NCBI GenBank assembly: GCA_040393085.1 | Contig: JBEBUV010000018.1 | Coordinates: 7,933 to 71,932 of the forward strand | Length of the DNA: 64,000 bases | Source: Pedobacter hiemivivus | GTDB lineage: Bacteria > Bacteroidota > Bacteroidia > Sphingobacteriales > Sphingobacteriaceae | Direction of reading: 5' to 3' | In this document: positions 1-9,761 of the stretch, in pieces | Layout: each line of letters opens with the position of its first letter | Position numbering within the stretch: position 1 is the first letter of the stretch | Notes under the pieces: generated by a model | What the model saw: the letters and a program-made list of their open reading frames with translations, nothing else | Database searches by the model: none | Told to the model about the DNA's origin: nothing | Made by a program: the position numbers and the translations under genes

Positions 1-90
1 TAACGTTGGTATTCCAATCCCTAAATTCACATAATAACCATCACGTATTTCTCTTGCGATGCGCTGCGCAATTCCATTTTTATCCAGCAT
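1..90 (-). CDS. scoB: Succinyl-CoA:3-oxoacid CoA-transferase subunit B, N-terminal fragment (runs off the window edge)
   Basis: Manual translation from ATG at 90: MLDKNGIAQRIAREIRDGYYVNLGIGIPTL, the typical subunit-B start (VNLGIGIPT), directly downstream of scoA. Confidence 0.9.
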   Translation of the reverse strand, partial: MLDKNGIAQRIAREIRDGYYVNLGIGIPTL

Positions 91-107
91 ATAAATATTT
101 TATAGGA

Positions 108-830
108 TTATCCTTTAGTTCTCAAAACGTTCTCACGTTCTCTCACTGTACGTTGTTCAATTCTTTTCTCGTATGCTGCTCCCTTAAAGATGCGGTGAAC
201 AAATACTCCCGGGGTATGAATCTGATCCGGATCCAATTCCCCTGCCTCTACCAGTTCCTCTACTTCAGCGATGGTAATTTTACCTGCCATAGCCATTACC
301 GGATTAAAATTGCGACTGGTTGAACGATAAATTAAATTCCCCGCTGTATCACCTTTCCAGGCTTTTACAATAGCAAAATCAGCATCAAAAGCATACTCCA
401 TCAGATAATCTTTACCATTAAAGTTTCGTATTTCTTTACCTTCAGCAACCTCTGTACCCACACCTGCAGGCGTAAATATTGCAGGCATACCATATCCCGC
501 TGCCATACATCTGGTAGCAAGTGTACCCTGAGGAATCAATTCTACTTCAAGTTCACCGCTTAACAGCTGGCGCTCAAATTCAACATTTTCACCTACATAA
601 GAAGCCACCATTTTTTTTACCTGATGCTGTTGAAGTAATAGTCCTATTCCAAAATCATCAACCCCCGCATTGTTTGAAATACAGGTTAATTCTGTAACAC
701 CCTTTTTTACAAGTGCATTGATACAATTTTCGGGAATGCCACATAAACCGAATCCGCCAAGCATTAAAGTAGCACCATCATGGATGTCCTTTATTGCCTC
801 TTCAGCGCCTAAAACAACTTTATTGATCAT
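108..830 (-). CDS. scoA: Succinyl-CoA:3-oxoacid CoA-transferase subunit A
   Basis: Motifs [16 protein letters not shown] and PQGTLA; start trimmed to MINKVV (ATG at 830). Confidence 0.92.
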   Translation of the reverse strand: MINKVVLGAEEAIKDIHDGATLMLGGFGLCGIPENCINALVKKGVTELTCISNNAGVDDFGIGLLLQQHQVKKMVASYVGENVEFERQLLSGELEVELIPQGTLATRCMAAGYGMPAIFTPAGVGTEVAEGKEIRNFNGKDYLMEYAFDADFAIVKAWKGDTAGNLIYRSTSRNFNPVMAMAGKITIAEVEELVEAGELDPDQIHTPGVFVHRIFKGAAYEKRIEQRTVRERENVLRTKG

Positions 831-885
831 ATATAGTTTGATTTTAATACTAAAGTATACTATATCCGGCGTACTGACCAAATAT

Positions 886-1986
886 TTAGTCGATTTCTAT
901 AATCTTATCGTTTCCTCCATTGCTGCTACCTATATAGATTTTACCGTCCGGAGATTGGCAGATAGCTCTTAAGCGGCCAAACTCGTTAACAAAAAAGTCT
1001 TTGCTACCCTCTATCTTATCGCCAGCCTCATTCAATTTAAGCTGTGTAAATTTAGATCCTTTTAAGCTCAACAGCAGTAAGGAGTTTTTAAACTGAGGAA
1101 TAAGATCAGAATTATAATAAGTAAGTCCAGATGTTGCAATAGTAGGTGTCCAGGCCATTAAAGGTTCAACTACATTATTCGTAGTACAAAAGGTCTGCTC
1201 AGCAGGTTTATCACAAAAGCCCTCAACATTGGGCCAACCATAATTGCGACCTTTAATAATCAGATTCACTTCATCATCATTATTTGGCCCATGTTCAGAT
1301 GAATATATTCTATTGCCTACCTGTACCAGCCCCTGTGGATTGCGATGCCCGAAAGTCCAGACTCTGCTATTTGGGAAAGGATTATCAGACGGAATAGTTC
1401 CATCCAGGTTTAAGCGCAATATTTTACCAGATAAAGAGCCCATCTGCTGTGCATTATCCCCCGAACTGGCATCCCCAGTAGTAATCAGTAATTTTTGATC
1501 TGTTGTAATCAGCAACCTCGAACCATTGTGTATAGACGAAGCGGGAATCATATCCAATAATGTTATTGGTGTATTTAAGGTTCCTCCAGAATAATTATAA
1601 CGAACTACTTTCTCTTTATAACCTGATGCAGAATTATAATTGTAAACAATAAATACCCATGGATTAGTAGAGAATGCAGGATTAAGTGCCATACCTAGCA
1701 GTCCACCCTCATTCTGACTAAACGCATCAGGTACATTTAGCAACAAAGTTACCGCACCTGTTTCCGGATTAACACGACTTATTTTACCACCACGTTCCGT
1801 AATCCATAATTGCTTGTCGGGGCCATACACCATTTCCCATACATGGGAAAATCCAGAACTTACTATTCTAGTCTTTAGATCAACATCTGGCAATGGGGAT
1901 TGATCATCTTTAGCCGGAGGCTTACTTTTTGAACAGGAGGCAACTGCGATAAAAAGAGCGACAATACCTAAGGCAAGTGTTTTCAT
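886..1986 (-). CDS. PQQ-dependent glucose/sorbosone dehydrogenase (GSDH) family beta-propeller lipoprotein
   Basis: Lipobox (VASC); motifs [54 protein letters not shown]. Confidence 0.88.
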   Translation of the reverse strand: MKTLALGIVALFIAVASCSKSKPPAKDDQSPLPDVDLKTRIVSSGFSHVWEMVYGPDKQLWITERGGKISRVNPETGAVTLLLNVPDAFSQNEGGLLGMALNPAFSTNPWVFIVYNYNSASGYKEKVVRYNYSGGTLNTPITLLDMIPASSIHNGSRLLITTDQKLLITTGDASSGDNAQQMGSLSGKILRLNLDGTIPSDNPFPNSRVWTFGHRNPQGLVQVGNRIYSSEHGPNNDDEVNLIIKGRNYGWPNVEGFCDKPAEQTFCTTNNVVEPLMAWTPTIATSGLTYYNSDLIPQFKNSLLLLSLKGSKFTQLKLNEAGDKIEGSKDFFVNEFGRLRAICQSPDGKIYIGSSNGGNDKIIEID

Positions 1987-2065
1987 GATGTAATGTTATA
2001 TTTATAATAAAAGCATTCCAAGATGTTTACTATAAATATAACACACTCATTTTAAATATGTTTAC

Positions 2066-4438
2066 TTAATTAAAATAAACGTATGTGATCCCATCACCGC
2101 CCCTGTCGGCATGTTCATCTTCCAGACGGTTTACCTGGCTGTATTTTTTAAGATACTCTCTGATCATCTTTCTAAGAATGCCATCACCCTTGCCATGTAT
2201 CAGTTTAACAACCGGAAAACCTAACATGATCGACTTATCCATATATTTTTCCACTTCGTGGATGGCATGTTCACCCCGCATACCTCTTAAATCAAGCTCT
2301 GCATTAAAGCTACTAATGGCTTCTGAAATACTTCCTGTAAAGGAGTTTGTATGAGCCACTTTTTTCGCTTGTTTATTACTGATTTTTAAGACGCGGTTTT
2401 TCTTAACTACAGAACGTAAATCACCTAAAGCAAGAACAAGGTTATCTCGATTGATCTCTAAAACCTGACCAGCAGTTTCACTATCTTTCAATTGTACCCA
2501 ATCGCCCACCACAATTGGCGTATTTAAAAGCTGTACAACCTCTGGTTTTTTTTCCTCTTTTACATGGTTCTGTACCAAAGCTTTCTGCAGATTTTGCCTT
2601 AACTCTTTCGTTACAGCCTTATCAGCCTGCTTTTCTTTAATTTCAGCAACCGTATTTTCAACTAGCTTATTCGCATTTTTAATGATAGCCTGCGCCTCTA
2701 GTTTGGCTTCCTTAATTAGAATTTTCCTGTTTTCTTCTAAATATGCTTTCTGCTTTTCATTCTCAGCCACTAGGTTCTTCACCTTATTCTGCTGATTCGA
2801 CAATTGCAATTTAGTATCGTAAATCTGTTTTTTCTCCCTTTCCAGATCAACTAGTAAGCTATCTATCCTGTTCTGATTGGTACCAATTTTTGTCCTGGCC
2901 AGATCAAGTACTTCCTTTTGAAGACCAATATTCTGTGCAATCTCGAAAGCATAAGAACTTCCCGGCTTACCGATTTCCAAGACGTATAAAGGCTTCATCT
3001 TATCATTATCAAATAACATCGAAGCGTTTTCAAGCCCAGGTGTATTGCCTGCAAACAGCTTTAAATTAGAATAGTGGGTAGTAATTACACCCCTTACTTT
3101 CTTATTATTTAACACTTCCAATACAGCCTCGGCCATAGGGCCACCAAATTGAGGATCGGTACCCGTACCAAACTCATCAATCAACACAAGGGATTTCGGA
3201 CTCGCGTGAGCCACAAAATAACGCATCTTAGTTAAGTGTGCACTATAAGTACTTAGGTCACTTTCAATCGATTGATCATCACCAATATCAGCGAAAATAT
3301 TGTCAAATATCCCCACCTCACTTGACTCATGAACAGGAATCAATAAACCCGACTGTACCATCAACTGCAATAAGCCAACAGTTTTCATACAAACAGATTT
3401 CCCTCCCGCGTTAGGGCCAGATACCAATACAATTCTAAGCTCGTCGTTGATATGTATATTTAAAGGCACAACCATTTTTTTATCCTCCTTAAAGGATAAA
3501 TACAATAACGGATGCCTTGCATTAATCATTTTTGTCTTTGCCCCAGAAATAAGAGTAGGCATCTCTCCCTCCACATCAATAGCAAATAAAGCTTTGGCTC
3601 TTACAAAATCTAATTTCGTTAGGAAGCCATGGTAAGATAGCAAAAGCGGTGTATAAGGTCTTAAATCGTTTGTCAGGGCAATCAGAATTCTGACGATCTC
3701 TCTACGCTTGTCGAATTCCAGATCCCTTAGCTTATTATTCAAGGTAAACACCTCTTCAGGCTCTATATAAACTGTTTGTCCACTAGCCGATTCATCATGA
3801 ATAAAACCTCTTAACTTCCGCTTATTCTCGGCTAATACCGGAATACACATCCTGCCATCGCGTATGGTTAAACTACCGTCAGCAACCCAATTATTACCTA
3901 CCGCCTGCTTATATATAGAATCCATCCTCTTGCGGACATCCTGCTCGGCTTTTGCAATAGCCCCAATAATCTCCTGTAATAAAGGAGAAGCATTAGGCTT
4001 GATTTTTCCTTTCGGATCAAGGACTGTTTCTATCTTTCTAAGGATATTTTTCTCTACCGGCAAATGCTCAAACAATGCTTCCAGATTAGGGTAAACACCT
4101 GCTCTTTCTTCAAAAAAGCGTAGAACAGAAAATACTGTTTGCAAGGAAGCATACATCTGGTGCAGCTCATCCTCAACAAGGTATGTCCCTTCTACCTTTA
4201 TTTTCTCGGCCAGACTTTTAATATCAAAAAAGGCACTAATCTGTAAAGGCTCCTGGTTTTCGAGGATACTTTTAAACTCATGCGTTTGCCTTAAAAACTT
4301 ATTGATCTGGTCAAACTTAGTCATCACCTGCATCTTCCCGACCATTTGTTGTCCCATTGGACTTAAACAGTGTTTTTAAATAAGTTGCCTTACCTCATTA
4401 AACCCCAAACGCTCCAAACAATTCTCTGGATATAACAT
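2066..4438 (-). pseudogene. mutS2: MutS2 (MutS ATPase + KOW + Smr) interrupted by an in-frame TAA at codon 21; an intact 763-aa ORF follows (4357-2066)
   Basis: Walker A GPNAGGKS, LIDEFGTGTDP, TTHY and a C-terminal Smr domain (LDLRGMR...IHGKGDGILR). ATG at 4438 reads MLYPENCLERLGFNEVRQLI*KHCLSPMGQQ with TAA at 4378-4376. Family identity is certain; pseudogene status is not. Confidence 0.75.
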
Positions 4439-4440
4439 AC

Positions 4441-5115
4441 TTATTTTAAATCTTTCAGACTCTTATAGTCCATTTTCAAATTCATCACGTCAATTTTCTT
4501 CTTCACAGAATCCAGTTTTAACTTCACAGAATCCTCTTTTAGCTTAGCCAACTCCAGTTTTAATTTAGTTGTATCCCTTTTACCAGCCAAAATACTTTTC
4601 TTCAAGGCCATCGTTTTTTTCGATAATAGACCTGCATTCTTCGACAAAACCGTATCCATTTTCAACGATGTAGTATCTTTCAGCAAGAAATCAGCCCAGA
4701 AAGTAGAATCAGCAGTCCTGGTAGAATCTCTAACAAACTTCATTCTTATTTTTGCTATTTCCTTAGCATTAATTATTGAATCGGCCTTTATAATTCCATC
4801 TTTCTCTTTCGTCAGTACGGACGTTACTTTTATATATATATCATTTAATACTTTAGGCTGCTTATAATAATAGTCCATACTCTTATTATACATAACCGAA
4901 TCGATATCATACTTTTTATAAATTCCTTTATAATATTCTGCAGCTTTGATCTTAACAGAATCGGGGCGCGTATTCATTCCTAAATAACTATCAGCAATAT
5001 GAATATCGTGTAATACCTTGGCCATCTCATCAGGCTGAATAATATCGCCAGGAATGCCCGGTTTGCATCCAGAAAGAAAGAATAGTATCATTGTTATATA
5101 AAGAAAGTACCTCAT
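4441..5115 (-). CDS. DUF4296-family lipoprotein with an extended Lys/Asp/Leu-rich C-terminal tail
   Basis: Lipobox LSGC; IIQPDEMAKVLHDIHIAD...IYKKYDIDSVMYNKSMDYY pattern. Confidence 0.75.
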   Translation of the reverse strand: MRYFLYITMILFFLSGCKPGIPGDIIQPDEMAKVLHDIHIADSYLGMNTRPDSVKIKAAEYYKGIYKKYDIDSVMYNKSMDYYYKQPKVLNDIYIKVTSVLTKEKDGIIKADSIINAKEIAKIRMKFVRDSTRTADSTFWADFLLKDTTSLKMDTVLSKNAGLLSKKTMALKKSILAGKRDTTKLKLELAKLKEDSVKLKLDSVKKKIDVMNLKMDYKSLKDLK

Positions 5116-5185
5116 TATGTTAAAACATCATTATTTCTTAGACAAAGTTCGCTAAGGTTGTTAATTTTACCAAAAATACTGATAA

Positions 5186-5878
5186 ATGAGTATAGCAGAT
5201 AACTTATTAAAATATAAAAGCGAATTAGATCCCCTATCCGTAAAATTGATTGCGGTATCTAAATACAAAGAAGCTGATGCAGTTTTAGAAGCATATAATG
5301 CAGGACAAAGGATATTTGGTGAAAACATAGTTCAGGAACTGATTGAAAAACAGGCCAATTTACCGAAAGACATAGAATGGCACCTTATAGGACACCTACA
5401 AACCAACAAAGTTAAATACATTGCGCCTTTCATTAGTTTAATCCAATCGGTTGATAGTTTAAAACTACTGACCGAAATCAATAAACAAGCGCTAAAAAAT
5501 AAGAGAGTAATAGACTGTCTGTTACAGATTTATATTGCTGATGAAGACACTAAATTTGGCCTGGGCTATGATGAAGCGATAGAACTGCTTCGTTCTGATG
5601 AATTTGCAGCGATGCAAAACATACGTATTGTTGGGGTAATGGGTATCGCAAGCAATAATGCTCAGGAAAAACAAACCAAAGATGAGTTCAATGAGTTAAA
5701 AGTACTTTTTGATGGTATCAAAGTAAGTTTCTTCAGAAAAGTAGATTATTTCAAAGAGGTATCTATGGGAATGTCTGGCGATTATAAACTGGCAATTGAT
5801 CAAGGTAGTACAATGGTACGTATTGGCAGCAATATTTTTGGAAAACGAGTTATTAAACACTACAAAGCGGAATCGTAA
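5186..5878 (+). CDS. yggS: YggS/PLPBP pyridoxal phosphate homeostasis protein
   Basis: LIAVSK, FGEN, WHLIGHLQTNKVK, SMGMSGDY, GSTMVRIGSNIFG. Confidence 0.95.
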   Translation: MSIADNLLKYKSELDPLSVKLIAVSKYKEADAVLEAYNAGQRIFGENIVQELIEKQANLPKDIEWHLIGHLQTNKVKYIAPFISLIQSVDSLKLLTEINKQALKNKRVIDCLLQIYIADEDTKFGLGYDEAIELLRSDEFAAMQNIRIVGVMGIASNNAQEKQTKDEFNELKVLFDGIKVSFFRKVDYFKEVSMGMSGDYKLAIDQGSTMVRIGSNIFGKRVIKHYKAES

Positions 5879-6343
5879 ATGAGTATTATAATAAGGTCCG
5901 CAATTAAAGAGGATTGTGTGAGATTAATGGAGCTGGTTAATGAATTAGCAGTATTTGAAAAAGCTCCTGATGAAGTTACAGTTACACTGGAAGAATTTAT
6001 TGACGCTGGTTTTGGCCAGAATAAAGTATGGGATGCTATAGTTGCCGAAGAAGATGGCTTTATAGCAGGCTTTGCCATTTATTACACGCGGTATTCGACA
6101 TGGAAAGGCCGTAGATTATATCTTGAAGATTTCATTGTTACTGAATCATATCGGGGTCGTGGTATCGGTAAAATGCTTTTTGAAACTGTTCTACAACACG
6201 CAAAAGACAAGAATTTCAATGGCATGAATTGGCAAGTGCTGGACTGGAATGAGCCGGCCATCAATTTCTATAAAAAATATGATGCAGATCTAGACCCGGA
6301 ATGGTTGAATGGTTCGTTCACTAAAGAACAAATCATAAAATGA
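5879..6343 (+). CDS. GNAT N-acetyltransferase (SSAT/diamine acetyltransferase-like)
   Basis: ELAVFEK, YSTWKG, LYLEDFIV...RGRGIGK, WQVLDWNEPAINFY. Confidence 0.9.
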   Translation: MSIIIRSAIKEDCVRLMELVNELAVFEKAPDEVTVTLEEFIDAGFGQNKVWDAIVAEEDGFIAGFAIYYTRYSTWKGRRLYLEDFIVTESYRGRGIGKMLFETVLQHAKDKNFNGMNWQVLDWNEPAINFYKKYDADLDPEWLNGSFTKEQIIK

Positions 6344-6376
6344 TAAATAATTATATCTACTAAAAACTCAAATACT

Positions 6377-7180
6377 ATGAAAAGACTAGCTTTATTTTTG
6401 CTTTCTGCCAGCCTACTGGCTTGTCAGAATGAAAGAAAATCAGTAAACATTTCTGATACTACAGCTCTGATAAAACATACTGATTCGTCTGTTAAATATG
6501 ATTCAGTAATAGTATACAGTCAACATATCGTTTCCATCAAAAACACAAAAGATACGGCAAAAGCAGTGCTAGTCTACCCTGTATTTGCTGATCAGAAAAT
6601 AAATCAATTCATAGAACAAAAAATGATGGGCTTTGCGAACGAAGGAGCGCATTATAATACCTATCAGGATTTCACCAATGCTTTCATCAAAAACTACGAC
6701 AATTTCATCAAAGAGAATAAGAACTATGGGCAGACTTGGTTTATGGATGGAAAAATTGAAGTAATGTCATATCTACCAAACTATTTATCGACCTTAATCA
6801 CTTTCGTAAATTATGAAGGAGGAGCACATCCCAATAGTATTTCCATGTATCTGAATTATGATCCCTCCAATCATAAAGAAATCACCTTAAATGACCTGAT
6901 CAAACCAGAAGCTATGTCTAAGTTGACTGCAGTAGCAGAAACAATCTTCAGAAAAAATGAGAAACTTACTCCTACTGAAAGCTTAAAAGACAAGTACTTC
7001 TTTGAAAATGATACTTTCAGTCTAAATCAAAATTTTACCATCACAAAAGATGGCTTGAAATTCCTTTACAATCCATACGAGATTAAAGCTTATGTATATG
7101 GGACAACAGCATTGTTGATTCCTTTTTCTGAGCTAAAAGATATTGCCAGGCCAAATAGTTTATTAAATACTACAAATTAA
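6377..7180 (+). CDS. DUF4163/DUF3298 (PdaC/RsiV-like) lipoprotein
   Basis: Lipobox LLAC; YEGGAHPN, NFTITKDGLKFLYNPYEI motifs. Confidence 0.85.
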   Translation: MKRLALFLLSASLLACQNERKSVNISDTTALIKHTDSSVKYDSVIVYSQHIVSIKNTKDTAKAVLVYPVFADQKINQFIEQKMMGFANEGAHYNTYQDFTNAFIKNYDNFIKENKNYGQTWFMDGKIEVMSYLPNYLSTLITFVNYEGGAHPNSISMYLNYDPSNHKEITLNDLIKPEAMSKLTAVAETIFRKNEKLTPTESLKDKYFFENDTFSLNQNFTITKDGLKFLYNPYEIKAYVYGTTALLIPFSELKDIARPNSLLNTTN

Positions 7181-7183
7181 AAA

Positions 7184-8458
7184 ATGAAAATCTATAAATT
7201 TGGAGGAGCATCGGTTAAGGATGCCGATGGAGTAAGAAACGTTTCATCCATTATTCAGAAACATAAAGGCAATGAACTGCTGATTGTAGTTTCTGCAATG
7301 GGAAAAATAACCAATAAGCTTGAGGAACTTACTTCAGCTTATATCAGCGGACAAGATGATGTTCACCAGATTTTTGAAGAAGTAAAACTTTACCATTTCA
7401 ACCTGCTAAACCAGCTTTTCAGTAACCACAATCATCCTATATTCAATGATATCATTAATACTTTTGTAGAGGTAGATTGGCTGATTGAGGAGGATCCTGA
7501 AGATGCAGATGATTATATATATGATCAGATCGTATCAATAGGTGAAATCGTTTCTACCAAAATACTTGCCGCATATCTGGGCACTCTACAAAACAATGTA
7601 CAATGGGTAGATGCACGTAACTTTATTCATACCGATAATACTTACCGTGAGGGACTGGTAAATTGGGAGAAAACTGAATCTGAAATACAAAAAAGCCTTG
7701 CTCCTATCCTACAGAACAATATTGTAATTACACAAGGTTTTATTGGTAGTACCAGTGAAAACTTTACAACCACTCTTGGTCGCGAAGGTTCCGATTATTC
7801 CGCCGCCATATTTTCGGCTTGCCTGAATGCAGAATCAGTTACGATATGGAAAGATGTACCTGGGGTACTAAATGCTGATCCAAAATGGTTTGATGTAACC
7901 GAAATGATTCCGCAACTTTCTTATCACGATGCAATTGAACTGGCTTACTACGGTGCTACAGTTATCCACCCGAAAACAATTAAGCCCATACAGAATAAGA
8001 ACATTCCTCTTTATGTAAGATCTTTCCTCAATCATGATGCACCCGGTACAGCCATCACTGATCTAAAAAATCATTTACCTGTACCTTCCTTTATTTTTAA
8101 AGTGAATCAGGCTTTACTTTCAATATTCCCTAAGGATTTTTCGTTCATTATTGAAGAGAACCTAAGCGAGATTTTTAGCTTATTCCATAAACACAAGGTA
8201 AAAATTAACACCATGCTCAACTCGGCTATCAGCTTTTCCATCAGCTTTGATTATGATGCGAAGAAATTGGAACAGTTGATAACAGATCTATCTAAAGACT
8301 ATAAAATAAAATACAATACAGATGTAGAGCTCGTTACCATCAGATATTATAATCAGGAAACGATAGATCGGGTAACAGTCAATAAAAACATCCTTTTAGA
8401 AGTAAAAAGCAGGAATACTTGTCAGATTGTGATGAGGAATAAAAAAGAAACGGAGTAA
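7184..8458 (+). CDS. lysC: Aspartate kinase (monofunctional)
   Basis: KFGGASV, VVSAMGKITN, TTLGREGSDYSA, IWKDVPGVLNADP, VIHPKTI. Confidence 0.93.
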   Translation: MKIYKFGGASVKDADGVRNVSSIIQKHKGNELLIVVSAMGKITNKLEELTSAYISGQDDVHQIFEEVKLYHFNLLNQLFSNHNHPIFNDIINTFVEVDWLIEEDPEDADDYIYDQIVSIGEIVSTKILAAYLGTLQNNVQWVDARNFIHTDNTYREGLVNWEKTESEIQKSLAPILQNNIVITQGFIGSTSENFTTTLGREGSDYSAAIFSACLNAESVTIWKDVPGVLNADPKWFDVTEMIPQLSYHDAIELAYYGATVIHPKTIKPIQNKNIPLYVRSFLNHDAPGTAITDLKNHLPVPSFIFKVNQALLSIFPKDFSFIIEENLSEIFSLFHKHKVKINTMLNSAISFSISFDYDAKKLEQLITDLSKDYKIKYNTDVELVTIRYYNQETIDRVTVNKNILLEVKSRNTCQIVMRNKKETE

Positions 8459-8464
8459 TAAGGA

Positions 8465-9649
8465 TTGAATAAGCACATTTTAGATCAACCGGTTCAGGAT
8501 TACATTAATCAGCATTTAAATGATGATGTACCCAAAATTGCTATGGCTAAAAGCCCATTTACAACAGTTGAAGCTAAAGAATTGGCGAATCAGATTGCTG
8601 CTAAAAAAAAATCCCAACGCAAATTACCTACATGGTATCAGGCTGTCGACATCTATTACCCCCCATTACTTTCTATTGAACAATGCTCCTCTGAGGCTAC
8701 TGCAAAGTACAAAGCAGGCCTCGTTAAGGGAAACAGTTTAATTGATCTCACTGGTGGATTTGGTGTCGACAGCCTATATTTTGCAAAAACTACAGCTACC
8801 GTAACACATTGTGAAATCAATACTGAACTATCTGAAATAGCAGCACACAATGCCAAAATACTGGAGCAGAATAACATTACTTTCTTTGCCGGGGATGGTA
8901 TGGCAATGCTACAGCAAAGTGCAACAACTTTCCACACCATTTATATTGATCCAGCCAGACGGAGTACTGCAGGTAAGGTCTTTATGCTAAAAGATTGCAC
9001 ACCAAATGTTGTGGAGCATTTGGATTTGCTGCTATCTAAATCAAAACGGATTATCATTAAAACTGCTCCTCTGCTAGACTTAACTGCGGGATTAAAAGAA
9101 CTCACAAACGTAGCCGAAATTCATATTGTAAGTGTTAAAAACGAGGTGAAAGAACTACTTTGGATTCTTGAAAATAACGCCACAGGTACACCTAAAATTA
9201 TATGTACAACATTAAATGAGAAGGTAAAGCAGTTTAATTTTTTTAAGAATAAGGAAGAGCTAACTGAAACAGAACTGCTTAATGGTCCACTGTTAGCCTA
9301 TTTGTATGAACCTGATTCAGCCCTCCTTAAAAGTGGAGCATTTAACCTCATCGCTAAAACCTATGGTTTACAAAAACTAGATGCACAGACCCAACTGTAC
9401 ACTGCTGATATACCGAATAAGCTTTTCCCCGGTAGAATATTTAAAATCAACAGAATCATTAATTCTGGAGAATTAAAAAAGGGAAAACAACTAACAGGCA
9501 ATGTCATGGTCAGAAATTATAGAGACAAAGCAGAAAATCTGGTAAAAAAGTATAAAATTAAACCAGATCAACAGCAATTTCTGATTTTCACGCAAAGCAG
9601 AACTGACGGCTATTTAATTGTTGATGCAACAATTGAACAGCATTATTGA
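8465..9649 (+). CDS. Class I SAM-dependent methyltransferase with C-terminal THUMP-like domain
   Basis: EQCSSE, IDLTGGFGVD, IYIDPARR, YLYEPDSALLKSG; TTG start. Confidence 0.85.
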   Translation: MNKHILDQPVQDYINQHLNDDVPKIAMAKSPFTTVEAKELANQIAAKKKSQRKLPTWYQAVDIYYPPLLSIEQCSSEATAKYKAGLVKGNSLIDLTGGFGVDSLYFAKTTATVTHCEINTELSEIAAHNAKILEQNNITFFAGDGMAMLQQSATTFHTIYIDPARRSTAGKVFMLKDCTPNVVEHLDLLLSKSKRIIIKTAPLLDLTAGLKELTNVAEIHIVSVKNEVKELLWILENNATGTPKIICTTLNEKVKQFNFFKNKEELTETELLNGPLLAYLYEPDSALLKSGAFNLIAKTYGLQKLDAQTQLYTADIPNKLFPGRIFKINRIINSGELKKGKQLTGNVMVRNYRDKAENLVKKYKIKPDQQQFLIFTQSRTDGYLIVDATIEQHY

Positions 9650-9733
9650 TAAAAACCCAGTAGTCAAATCATAAAACACATCGGTTTTAACAAAAATTAA
9701 CACCAACAAGAACTTGAATGTTAATGAATTAGT

Positions 9734-9741
9734 TATTTTTG
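9734..9741 (+). promoter_or_regulatory. Bacteroidota primary-sigma -7 element (TATTTTTG)
   Basis: Matches TAnnTTTG, 20 nt upstream of the DUF2723 start. Confidence 0.5.
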
Positions 9742-9761
9742 ATTACCCAAATAGCTAAATC

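Noticed and set aside
118-146. Short tandem ACGTTCTC repeats at the scoA 3' end giving a slightly extended C-terminus
   Set aside because: Too short to separate from chance; the gene still ends cleanly before scoB.
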